From an uncultured Alphaproteobacteria bacterium (GTDB taxonomy: Bacteria > Pseudomonadota > Alphaproteobacteria > Methylaequorales > Methylaequoraceae), in the NCBI GenBank assembly GCA_902523675.1, contig CABZAL010000001.1:17519-81518 (forward strand): a DNA stretch of 64,000 bases. The letters run 5' to 3'. Below are positions 52,841-61,738 of this stretch, piece after piece. The position numbers and the translations under genes were made by a program. How positions within the stretch are numbered: the stretch's first letter is position 1; every line of letters starts with the position of its first letter. The notes under the pieces are model-generated. The model was not told the DNA's origin, did no database searches, and saw only the letters and a list, made by a program, of their open reading frames with translations.

Positions 52841-53353
52841 TTATTTTTCTAATAAACGGGGAATTAACTCAATTAAGTTGCAAGGTTTATGATTAATATT
52901 AAGTTGAAATTTTAAGATATTATCCCAAGCATCTATACATGCTGATGGCGAACCAGGTAGAGAGAAAAAAAATTTACCTTTAGAAATTCCGGCCATTGCT
53001 CTTGATTGAAGAGCTGAAGTACCTATTTTGTTGAAGCTAATTTGTCTGAACATTTCACCAAAGCCGGGGATATCTTTTTCGATTATTTTATTTAGAACTT
53101 CAGGAGTTGAATCTCTCCCAGTTAAGCCTGTACCTCCTGTTGTTATAATTATATCTATAAAATTATTTTCAAGGCATGCCTTGAAGAAGTTTTCAATTTT
53201 TTTCATATCATCCTTGATTATACTTCTTGAAAAACAATTATGATTATCTTCTTTAATTCTATTTTCTAAAATATCTCCTGATCTGTCATTTGCGAGTGTT
53301 CTGGAATCAGAAATGGTTGCAATAGCAATGTTAAGATTTTTTTTTGGCATCAT
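52841..53353 (-). CDS. mogA: Molybdopterin adenylyltransferase / MoaB-MogA family protein
   Basis: 170 aa. MoCF_biosynth fold with GGTGLTGRD motif. Confidence 0.75.
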   Translation of the reverse strand: MMPKKNLNIAIATISDSRTLANDRSGDILENRIKEDNHNCFSRSIIKDDMKKIENFFKACLENNFIDIIITTGGTGLTGRDSTPEVLNKIIEKDIPGFGEMFRQISFNKIGTSALQSRAMAGISKGKFFFSLPGSPSACIDAWDNILKFQLNINHKPCNLIELIPRLLEK

Positions 53354-53356
53354 TTA

Positions 53357-54070
53357 TTAATTCTCTTTTATTATTTCATTAAGCTTGCATACGTCTAACC
53401 AAGCATTTTTTTTTTCTGAGGGATTTTTTATTAAAAATGAAAGGTTATGCATTATAAAGCTTTTTATCCTCAAATTTCCTACTTCATAAGTAAAGACTTT
53501 CCCCCTCAACTTTGCTATGGATTCATTTTTTTTTAGTAAATATCTTGCAGTAAACCCCCCAAAAATTATCAATAATTTAGGATTAATAATTTTTATAAGT
53601 TCTTGAATTTTTGGAAGACATACTCCTATCTCTTCAATATTTGGTTCCCTATCTCCGGGAGGTCTCCAAAAAATTAAATTTGAAATATAAAAATTTTCTT
53701 TAGATCGACCGATATATGAGAAAATTTTATTAAAAAACTCACCTTTTTGCCCCGAAAATGGTACTCCGCTTTTGTCTTCTTCTTTGTTTGGAGTACCGCT
53801 AATAATCATAAATTTTGAGTTTATATTCGTATCTGAAAAAACACAATTAGTTGCTGTCTCTCTGAGATTAAAATCTAAAGAAACCATTTGTTTTCTAAAA
53901 TGACTAATACTTTCTCTTTTACTTCGAAAACTTAGCTTTTTTTTAGTATCAAAACTCTTAATTGCTAAAGAATTTTCAATAAATTTACTTGAGGTTTTTT
54001 TTCCTATGTTATCTTTAATTCCAATTTCGTTACAAAATTCAATAAAAGACTTTGTGTTTTTAATAACCAT
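53357..54070 (-). CDS. Uracil-DNA glycosylase superfamily protein, family 4-like
   Basis: 237 aa. UDG-like core (ISGTPNKEEDKSGVPFSGQKGE...) with an N-terminal extension, as in the alphaproteobacterial family-4/SPO1-polymerase-related UDGs. Confidence 0.65.
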   Translation of the reverse strand: MVIKNTKSFIEFCNEIGIKDNIGKKTSSKFIENSLAIKSFDTKKKLSFRSKRESISHFRKQMVSLDFNLRETATNCVFSDTNINSKFMIISGTPNKEEDKSGVPFSGQKGEFFNKIFSYIGRSKENFYISNLIFWRPPGDREPNIEEIGVCLPKIQELIKIINPKLLIIFGGFTARYLLKKNESIAKLRGKVFTYEVGNLRIKSFIMHNLSFLIKNPSEKKNAWLDVCKLNEIIKEN

Positions 54071-54135
54071 TTCATATATAATAACTGTAATATAAAAAAA
54101 TTAAATTTATTTTGTAAATTATAAAGGTAATTGTT

Positions 54136-55773
54136 ATGAGCAGGGAAAGTATGGAATATGATGTTGTTGTAGTTGGTGGAGGTCCATCAGGTCTTGCGGC
54201 AGCAATAAAGTTTAAACAGCTTTGTAAAAAAAATAATAAAGATTTTAGTATATGCGTTGTAGAAAAAGGTTCACAAATTGGCGCTCACACACTTTCAGGG
54301 GCAGTTCTTGAAACAAGAGCTCTAGATGAACTAATTTCAGATTGGAAATTGAAGGATTCACCAATCAAAACAAAAGTAACAAATGAAAAATTCATGTATT
54401 TGAGTGAAACTAGCGCTATTAAAATCCCCACGGTATTTTTACCCAAAGTGATGCATAATAGGAATAATTACATAATCTCATTAGGCAATTTGAATATTTG
54501 GTTAGCAAAACAAGCAGAAGAACTGGGAGTTGAAATTTATCCAGGTTTTGCAGCCTCAGAATTAATCATTGAGAACGAAAAACTTGTTGGAATCACAACA
54601 GGTGACCATGGTATTTTAAAGAACGGTGAAAAAGGCCCTAATTACCAACAAGGAATAGATATTTTTTCAAAATATGTTCATTTTGCTGAGGGATGTAGAG
54701 GACATTTAGGAAAGAAAATAATAAAAAATTTTGCTCTTGATATAAATTCTGAGCCCCAAACTTATGGAATTGGTCTAAAGGAGCTTTGGGAAATAAATAA
54801 TGAAAAATCAAATCCTGGTGAGGTTGTTCATTCCGTAGGGTGGCCTTTAGATCAAGAAACATACGGAGGTTCTTTTCTTTATCATTTAGACAAAAATCTT
54901 GTTTCAGTTGGGTTTGTAATTGGACTTGATTATAAAAATCCATACCTTTCACCATATGATGAATTTCAAAAGTTTAAAACTCATCCAAAGATCAAGGATA
55001 TATTTAAAGGTGGTAAGAGAATATCCTATGGTGCAAGAGCTCTAAACGAAGGTGGATGGCAGTCCCTTCCAGATCTAGTTTTTGACGGAGGATGCTTAAT
55101 TGGTTGTGAAGCTGGGACTTTAAATACCCCTAAGATCAAAGGGACCCACACAGCCATGAAATCCGGCATGATTGCTGCAGAAGAAACTTTTAAAGCTTTA
55201 CTAGTTGGAAGAAGGAATGACAAGCTAGACACTTATCAAAAAATATTTAAATCATCATGGGCTGGCAAAGAACTATATGATGCTAGAAATGTAAGACCTG
55301 CATTCAAATGGGGATTAAAAATAGGGATGTTATTGTCTGGTATTGACCAAAATATATTTCGTGGTAAAGCTCCATGGACACTGTCTCATCACGTAGAAGA
55401 CCATAAATCTTTACTTGATATTTCAAAAGTAGAAAAAATTAATTATCCAAAACCAGATGGTATATTAACCTTCGACAAATTGACCAACGTATCTTTTACT
55501 TCAACTTATCATGAAGAAAACCAGCCTGGGCATCTTAAAATTATTAACGACGAAATCCCAATAAGTTATAATAATAGGTATTTTGACTCACCAGAACAAA
55601 GATATTGTCCCGCTGGTGTTTACGAGATAGTAAAAGATTCTGAAAAATTAAAACTTCAAATAAACGCACAGAATTGTATTCATTGCAAAACGTGTGACAT
55701 TAAAGATCCAAGTCAAAATATTAAATGGGTGGTTCCAGAAGGAGGTGGAGGTCCAAATTATACAAATATGTAA
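54136..55773 (+). CDS. Electron transfer flavoprotein-ubiquinone oxidoreductase
   Basis: 545 aa. N-terminal FAD-binding GxGxxG (VVVGGGPSGLAAA). C-terminal 4Fe-4S ferredoxin-like cluster (CIHCKTCDIKDP). Confidence 0.9.
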   Translation: MSRESMEYDVVVVGGGPSGLAAAIKFKQLCKKNNKDFSICVVEKGSQIGAHTLSGAVLETRALDELISDWKLKDSPIKTKVTNEKFMYLSETSAIKIPTVFLPKVMHNRNNYIISLGNLNIWLAKQAEELGVEIYPGFAASELIIENEKLVGITTGDHGILKNGEKGPNYQQGIDIFSKYVHFAEGCRGHLGKKIIKNFALDINSEPQTYGIGLKELWEINNEKSNPGEVVHSVGWPLDQETYGGSFLYHLDKNLVSVGFVIGLDYKNPYLSPYDEFQKFKTHPKIKDIFKGGKRISYGARALNEGGWQSLPDLVFDGGCLIGCEAGTLNTPKIKGTHTAMKSGMIAAEETFKALLVGRRNDKLDTYQKIFKSSWAGKELYDARNVRPAFKWGLKIGMLLSGIDQNIFRGKAPWTLSHHVEDHKSLLDISKVEKINYPKPDGILTFDKLTNVSFTSTYHEENQPGHLKIINDEIPISYNNRYFDSPEQRYCPAGVYEIVKDSEKLKLQINAQNCIHCKTCDIKDPSQNIKWVVPEGGGGPNYTNM

Positions 55774-57427
55774 AATTTATTGTGTATTTATTTTTATTTG
55801 CTTAATATCTAGCTCTTTATCACCAAACGAAAGTACATTAAAAAAAAATAAAATTTCTGAATCTTTACCTACAGAATCTGGAACATATCTATCATGGATA
55901 ATAGCAGAAAAAAACGGTAGTTTTAAGCAAGCATTCGATTTAGTTTCAAAAATCAAGTCGTCTTTAACCGAAATTGATATCTTAAAGAGGGCATTTTTTT
56001 TGTCATTAAATCATGGAGATTGGGACACTACCATATTTTTTGCCAAAAGAATTGATAATTTAAATTCTAATTTTTTTTTTTCTAAATTAGTTTTAGCTAC
56101 TCACGAGTTTATTAAAGGTGATCCAAAAAAATCTGAACAGCTATTTAAAAAAATAGATTTTTCAGTAACAAACGAAAAGTTTATTAATATAATTTTAGCA
56201 TGGATAAATTTTTCATTTAATAATGATCCCCAAATTTTAAGTGCAATTAATGAGGAAGAAATAAGACCTGAAAATTGCTCACCCCTTGAATGCTTGCATT
56301 CCGCACTTCTAAACGAACTGTCAGGAAAAACAGATAAGTCCAGCAAATTTTTTGAAGAGCTTAAAATAAACAATCAATCTTATAGAATCTTAGAAATTCT
56401 TTTTGTTAACTATCTAGAGAAAAAAGAAATTGATTCTTACAGAGAAATTCTTGAAAAATTAAAGAATGAAAACCTTTCTGTTTCTAACTTTAATGACCTA
56501 ACTAACATAAAAAAGCAATTTAGCCCGATAGAAAATCCAAATGATGGTTTGGCAGAAGTTTTTTTAAATATTGCAGGGTGGTTTTATGAAAATAAGATTT
56601 ACGATATTTCTAGTTATTTTTGTAATATTGGATTGAAAATAAGACCTGACTTTTATTCTTTAAAATTTTTATTAGCAAATGTTTATGAAAAACTTGGACA
56701 CAAAGAGGCTTTGTTAGATTTTTTAAATGATTCATCTCAACCAAATATTTATGATCTTCATTTGTCAAAAATTAAGTTACGAGCTCTAAATAGTTTAGAG
56801 AAAAAAGATAAATCGATTCAAATCTTGAAAAAACTCTTGAAAAGAAATCCCGATAATAGTGAAGTGATTTTAATATTAGCTGATTCTCTCAGAAGCATAG
56901 GTAAGTACAAAGAATCAATTGCTTACTATGATAATGTCATAGAAAAAATTGATGAAGAAGATTCTCGATATTGGAATATATTTTATTCTAGAGGAATTTC
57001 ATATGAACGCTTAAAAAAATGGAAGTTAGCAGAGCGTGATTTCTTATTATCATTAAAATTAAACCCTGAAGCACCATATGTTCTTAACTATCTTGGTTAC
57101 AGCTGGTTAGAACGAAAAAAAAATCTAAAAAAAGCATTAGATTTAATTAAAACAGCTTCTGAGATTCAACCAAATGATGCATATATTACTGATTCACTTG
57201 GATGGGCTTACTTTTTGTTGGGAGAATACGAAATGTCTATTAAAATTTTAGAACATGCAATTAGAATGTTACCATCTGATCCAACTCTTAATGATCATCT
57301 TGGAGACGCTTATTGGGAGGTAGGCAGAAAATTTGAGGCAATTTCTCAGTGGAAAAAAGTACTTGTTTTTAAACCAAATAAAGAGTTAAAAAGAAAAGTT
57401 GAACAAAAAATTTTTAAACTGCGATGA
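55694..57427 (+). CDS. Tetratricopeptide (TPR) repeat protein, probably exported
   Basis: 577 aa. Hydrophobic N-terminal segment followed by multiple TPR-like helical repeats (the YYDNVIEK..., AERDFLLSLKLNPE..., AISQWKKVL... repeat pattern). The only in-frame ATG lies 80 nt inside ETF-QO, so the start is uncertain. Confidence 0.65.
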   Translation: MTLKIQVKILNGWFQKEVEVQIIQICKIYCVFIFICLISSSLSPNESTLKKNKISESLPTESGTYLSWIIAEKNGSFKQAFDLVSKIKSSLTEIDILKRAFFLSLNHGDWDTTIFFAKRIDNLNSNFFFSKLVLATHEFIKGDPKKSEQLFKKIDFSVTNEKFINIILAWINFSFNNDPQILSAINEEEIRPENCSPLECLHSALLNELSGKTDKSSKFFEELKINNQSYRILEILFVNYLEKKEIDSYREILEKLKNENLSVSNFNDLTNIKKQFSPIENPNDGLAEVFLNIAGWFYENKIYDISSYFCNIGLKIRPDFYSLKFLLANVYEKLGHKEALLDFLNDSSQPNIYDLHLSKIKLRALNSLEKKDKSIQILKKLLKRNPDNSEVILILADSLRSIGKYKESIAYYDNVIEKIDEEDSRYWNIFYSRGISYERLKKWKLAERDFLLSLKLNPEAPYVLNYLGYSWLERKKNLKKALDLIKTASEIQPNDAYITDSLGWAYFLLGEYEMSIKILEHAIRMLPSDPTLNDHLGDAYWEVGRKFEAISQWKKVLVFKPNKELKRKVEQKIFKLR

Positions 57428-58320
57428 TTAGTAACTCTATAAAAATCTTTGATACATTTGCTGAAGCATTCCCTATGAAATGTTCACGTCTTATTGTTAC
57501 GGCTGAAACAGAAAAATGGGCAAGAACTGCCGCCAATTCATTTACTGGATTTGCTACTTCGGTAATAGGTTGCGGTTGTGAATCAGCAATAGAAAAAACA
57601 TTAAGTAAAAATGAAACTCCTGACCAAAGACCAGGTGTATCAATATTAATTTTTTCAATGTCCTCTAAAGAATTGTCAAAACAGATATTGAATAGAGCAG
57701 GTCAATGTATTATGACTTCTCCAACCTCAGCACTGTTTTCAGGAAATGATGGAGATATAAAGATAAAACTTGGCAATTCTCTGAGATATTTTGGTGATGG
57801 TTTTCAAATATCTAAGAAAGTAGACAAAAAGAGATTTTGGAGAATTCCAGTTATGGATGGTGAATTTATTTGCGAGGACTACGCTTATCAAGTTGATGGT
57901 GTTGGTGGTGGAAATTTTTTAATTCTAGCTGATACTAAGTTGAACGCTTTAAAAGCCTCAGAAGTTGCGGTTCGTGAGATGCAGAAAATACCTAATACAA
58001 TTTTGCCTTTTCCAGGTGGGGTAGTACGGTCAGGATCGAAAGTAGGATCTAAATACAAGTCATTATTAGCATCTACCAATTTTGAGTACTGCCCAACAAT
58101 TAAAGGTGTTGTAAAAACAGCATTATCTAAAGCAGAAAATTCTGTGTTGGAAATTGTAGTTGATGGGTTAACAAAATATGATGTAACTTTATCTCTTAAA
58201 GCAGGTATAAAAGCAATTATAAAACTTGGTAAAAAAAGTGGAGTTAAATCAATTTCGGCAGGAAATTATGGAGGTAAACTTGGACCATTTCATTTTCATC
58301 TTCGTAACATATTAAAATGA
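57424..58320 (+). CDS. Formylmethanofuran:tetrahydromethanopterin formyltransferase (Ftr)/FhcD family protein
   Basis: 298 aa. N-terminus IFDTFAEAFPMKCSRLIVTA...GFATSVIGCGCE...TPDQRPG closely matches the Ftr/FhcD family, and the length is right for a full Ftr. ATGA overlap with the TPR gene. Confidence 0.75.
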   Translation: MISNSIKIFDTFAEAFPMKCSRLIVTAETEKWARTAANSFTGFATSVIGCGCESAIEKTLSKNETPDQRPGVSILIFSMSSKELSKQILNRAGQCIMTSPTSALFSGNDGDIKIKLGNSLRYFGDGFQISKKVDKKRFWRIPVMDGEFICEDYAYQVDGVGGGNFLILADTKLNALKASEVAVREMQKIPNTILPFPGGVVRSGSKVGSKYKSLLASTNFEYCPTIKGVVKTALSKAENSVLEIVVDGLTKYDVTLSLKAGIKAIIKLGKKSGVKSISAGNYGGKLGPFHFHLRNILK

Positions 58321-59126
58321 TTAAAATACAATTGACACCTAGAATAATTATAGACTCTGACTTAAATTTGGAAGGATTATCTAGTATTGATATCTCAAAA
58401 TTTAATCAAAGCAAACTTGAGACTTTCAGAATTAAATACAGAAATAAAATCTGCTTTTTACGAAATATTTTTAAAATTAATGTAGAAAAAGACTCCATCA
58501 ATAAAATAATAATTAAAAAATCAAACCAATTTTTTCAAAATCTTGGTTTTAAATGGAGGAGTGATTTATTGGAGGTTTTTGGAAATGCTGGTTCTTTTTT
58601 TGGAGCAAACATGACTGGTGGCAAAGTTGTTCTTCATGGATCTTGTAATAACTTTTTAGGGTCGAATATGGAAGGTGGAGAAATTATCGTAAAAAAAAAT
58701 GCTGGAAATTTTGTTGGTTCTTCCTCTTTTGGAAATTTAGTTGGAATGACCAATGGTAAAATTATCATACACGGAAATGTGGGGAATTTTTTGGCATACA
58801 AAATGAGAAGAGGTTTGATAATGATTAAAGGAAATGTTGGGGATAATTGCGCAAACTTTTTGATCGCGGGAACAATTATCGTTAGTGGTAATATTGGAAA
58901 TGATTTTTGCTTAGGTATGAAAAGAGGGAGTTTAGTATTAAATAAAAAACCAAAAAATATATTAATTAGATTTAAAGATTGTGGAATACATGAACTCAAT
59001 TATTATAAAATATTTAGCCCCTTATTGAAAAACCTTGGCTTTAAAAAGGCTTTGGTTTTTAAAAAGTTCACTGGTGATAGAACAAATTTAGGCCTTGGAG
59101 AGATTCTAATATCTGAGAATTACTAA
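58317..59126 (+). CDS. FwdC/FhcC-like beta-helix protein (formylmethanofuran dehydrogenase subunit C family, GXGXG repeat)
   Basis: 269 aa. Repeated G-x-x-G-x-x-(I/V)-x-V-x-G-N(A/V)G units (MTGGKVVLHGSCNNFLGSNMEGGEIIVKKNAGNFVG...IIHGNVGNF...IKGNVGDN...VSGNIGND) typical of the GltB C-terminal/FwdC fold. ATGA overlap with the Ftr-like gene. Confidence 0.65.
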   Translation: MIKIQLTPRIIIDSDLNLEGLSSIDISKFNQSKLETFRIKYRNKICFLRNIFKINVEKDSINKIIIKKSNQFFQNLGFKWRSDLLEVFGNAGSFFGANMTGGKVVLHGSCNNFLGSNMEGGEIIVKKNAGNFVGSSSFGNLVGMTNGKIIIHGNVGNFLAYKMRRGLIMIKGNVGDNCANFLIAGTIIVSGNIGNDFCLGMKRGSLVLNKKPKNILIRFKDCGIHELNYYKIFSPLLKNLGFKKALVFKKFTGDRTNLGLGEILISENY

Positions 59127-59722
59127 TTAATTTTCTCTTTAATTTTATTTATCAAACCTTCAGCTCCCTCATTTTTAATAATTGAAAAAAATTCAGATTT
59201 TTTTGTAGCTATTTCACTTATTGATCCGGTTAGCAAAACATCGAAAACTTTCCAATTTTTCCCATCATACAAAAATAAGTAATCAATTTTAATAGGTTTT
59301 TCATTATTAATTTTTAATAAGGTTTTAACGATTTTTTTATTATCACTAATTTCTTCTAAACTGACATATTCGAAATTTAAGGATTTAATGTCCTTAAATC
59401 TATTAGCATAGTTAAAAGAGATATAGTCTAGAAAGACTAAACTTAATTCATTTTGCAATTCATTATTTAAATCTTTCCAAGATCTTCCATAAATAAACTT
59501 TATCATTTTTTCATAATCAAAAGTTCTTGATATGATAATTTTTAAAAATTCCTTTTTTTCATTTATTGTTTTAATATTGTAATTAGTATTTTTCAATGAA
59601 TTATGAAACTCCTCTATATTAGTAATTGCTTTTTCCGAACAATTAATATTAGTTGAAAACAAAAGCAATAAAGAAAATATTAAACAACAAGTATTTTTAT
59701 TTTTCATTGATTCTAAAATCAT
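59123..59722 (-). CDS. MlaC/Ttg2D family periplasmic lipid-binding protein (HpnM-like)
   Basis: 199 aa. Signal peptide. Tol_Tol_Ttg2-like pattern (...FIYGRSWKDL...VFLDYISFNYANRF...VKTLL...KIDYLFLYDGKNWKVFDVLLTG). Divergent from the hpnA-ispH-hpnH genes. HpnM of hopanoid clusters belongs to this family. Confidence 0.5.
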   Translation of the reverse strand: MILESMKNKNTCCLIFSLLLLFSTNINCSEKAITNIEEFHNSLKNTNYNIKTINEKKEFLKIIISRTFDYEKMIKFIYGRSWKDLNNELQNELSLVFLDYISFNYANRFKDIKSLNFEYVSLEEISDNKKIVKTLLKINNEKPIKIDYLFLYDGKNWKVFDVLLTGSISEIATKKSEFFSIIKNEGAEGLINKIKEKIN

Positions 59723-59752
59723 ATACGTTAACTATTTAATATTTAATTAATT

Positions 59753-60742
59753 ATGTCAAAAAAAATTTTTATCACCGGAGCTAATGGATTTCTAGGAACT
59801 TCAATCACAAAGTTGGCTTTAAAAAAAAAATTTAAAGTAAGGGCTTTTGTTAGAAAAAATTCTGATATTTCAAATTTAAAAAAACTTAACGTAGAAATTG
59901 TTTATGGTGATCTTCGTGATTATAAATCATTGGAATCAGCAATTGGTGATTGTAAGATTTTCCTTCATGTAGCAGCAGATTACAGATTATGGGTTAGAAA
60001 AAAATTTGAAATTTATGAATCAAATTTGCAAGGTACGCAAAATTTAATTGATATTATTAAAAAAATTAAAAATCATAGGATTGTATTCACATCGAGCGTA
60101 GCAACAATTGGGATTGGAGATTATGTATCTAATGAAGATACATTTGTAGATTTTTCACAAATGATCGGTGATTATAAAAAATCTAAATACTTGTCAGAAA
60201 AGATAGTAAAACAAAACATTAATTCCGGTTCCATTAACTGTATTATAGTTAACCCTTCTACACCTATAGGCCCTGGAGATCTCAAGCCAACTCCAACTGG
60301 CAATGTTATACTTCAGGTTTTATTAAAAAAAATGCCTGCGTACGTCGAAACAGGTTTGAATATAGTGCATGTTGATGATGTGGCTCAAGGACATTTTCAA
60401 GCATTAGAAAAGGGAAAAATTGGTGAAAGGTATATCCTTGGAGGGGAAAATTTAGAATTTAAGAAGTTTTTAGATTTGATTTGCACATATGCCAACTTAC
60501 GAAAGATTAATTTTAGAATGCCAAAAAAACCTCTCTATCCATTTGCTTATCTCAATGAATCATTCGCAATGATTGATAAAAGTTACACACCAATGCTTAC
60601 TGTTAATGGTCTAAAAATGTCAGAACACAAAATGTTTTTTTCATCTGAAAAAGCAAAAAAATATCTGGGATATAGACCTAGGAATATAAATAATGCTATA
60701 AAAGATTCAGTGGATTGGTTTAGGAAGTATTTTATAAAATGA
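59753..60742 (+). CDS. NAD-dependent epimerase/dehydratase, hopanoid-associated HpnA-like
   Basis: 329 aa. N-terminal Rossmann GxxGxxG (ITGANGFLGTS). SDR-extended YxxxK (YKKSKYLSEK). Context with ispH and hpnH matches hpnA. Confidence 0.65.
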   Translation: MSKKIFITGANGFLGTSITKLALKKKFKVRAFVRKNSDISNLKKLNVEIVYGDLRDYKSLESAIGDCKIFLHVAADYRLWVRKKFEIYESNLQGTQNLIDIIKKIKNHRIVFTSSVATIGIGDYVSNEDTFVDFSQMIGDYKKSKYLSEKIVKQNINSGSINCIIVNPSTPIGPGDLKPTPTGNVILQVLLKKMPAYVETGLNIVHVDDVAQGHFQALEKGKIGERYILGGENLEFKKFLDLICTYANLRKINFRMPKKPLYPFAYLNESFAMIDKSYTPMLTVNGLKMSEHKMFFSSEKAKKYLGYRPRNINNAIKDSVDWFRKYFIK

Positions 60743-60764
60743 ATATTGATAGGAGAAATATGAT

Positions 60765-61712
60765 TTGAAACCTTTAAAAGTATATTTGGCTCAACCCAGA
60801 GGATTTTGCGCAGGAGTTGAAAGAGCAATAACGATAGTAGAAAGAGCATTAGAAATTTATGGTCCTCCCGTTTATGTTAGGCATGAAATTGTTCATAATA
60901 AAAGAGTTGTTAATAATTTAATCTCCAAAGGTGCTATATTTGTTCAAGAACTTGATCAAATTCCTGCAGGTGCAGTTACAGTATTCAGTGCACATGGCGT
61001 TGCTCAAAAAGTAGAAGACACAGCTCATTTGAGAAAACTTCCAGTCCTAGATGCTACTTGCCCATTGGTTGCAAAAGTTCACAAAGAAGGTCAAAGGTAT
61101 TCTGCAAATGGATATGAGGTTGTATTAATTGGACATGAAGGTCATCCAGAAGTTGTGGGTACAATGGGGAGAATAACAGGTGACGTTTATTTAGTTTCTA
61201 ATACTGAAGATGTAAAAAAACTTAAAGTAAAAAATCCCTCCAGGTTATCGTACATAAGTCAGACAACTTTATCTGTAGATGATACGAAGGTTGTTATTGA
61301 AGCTTTGAAACAAAGATTTCCAGAAATTGAAGGGCCTGACGTTAAAGATATTTGTTATGCAACCCAAAACAGACAGTCGGCCGTAAAAGATTTAGTTGAC
61401 CATGTTGATTTGATGTTGGTAGTAGGTGCTAAAAATAGTTCAAATTCAAACAGATTGAGAGATTTAGGTGAGGAATATGGAGTTAGTACTTATTTAATTG
61501 AATCCTGTAAAGACCTTGATAGTAGTTGGTTTAACAATGTAAACTCTGTTGGAATCTCATCTGGGGCATCCACCCCAGATGAGTTAGTAAACGAGGTTAT
61601 TGATAGAATATCAACTTTTAGAAAAATAAAAATAGAAAAAAGATCAGGAATCGAAGAAAACGTTGTGTTTAAATTACCAAAAGAACTTGTAAATCACGAG
61701 CTTGCAAATTAA
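60765..61712 (+). CDS. ispH: 4-hydroxy-3-methylbut-2-enyl diphosphate reductase
   Basis: 315 aa. LAQPRGFCAGVERAI, SAHGV and ATCPLVAKVH cluster-Cys motifs, collinear with E. coli IspH. Confidence 0.95.
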   Translation: MKPLKVYLAQPRGFCAGVERAITIVERALEIYGPPVYVRHEIVHNKRVVNNLISKGAIFVQELDQIPAGAVTVFSAHGVAQKVEDTAHLRKLPVLDATCPLVAKVHKEGQRYSANGYEVVLIGHEGHPEVVGTMGRITGDVYLVSNTEDVKKLKVKNPSRLSYISQTTLSVDDTKVVIEALKQRFPEIEGPDVKDICYATQNRQSAVKDLVDHVDLMLVVGAKNSSNSNRLRDLGEEYGVSTYLIESCKDLDSSWFNNVNSVGISSGASTPDELVNEVIDRISTFRKIKIEKRSGIEENVVFKLPKELVNHELAN

Positions 61713-61738
61713 TATGCAATAGAAATTAGTATAATAAA

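Noticed and set aside
58634-58999. 121-aa - strand ORF antisense to the FwdC-like gene
   Set aside because: The sense strand carries a clear GXGXG beta-helix repeat protein. The antisense translation has no features.
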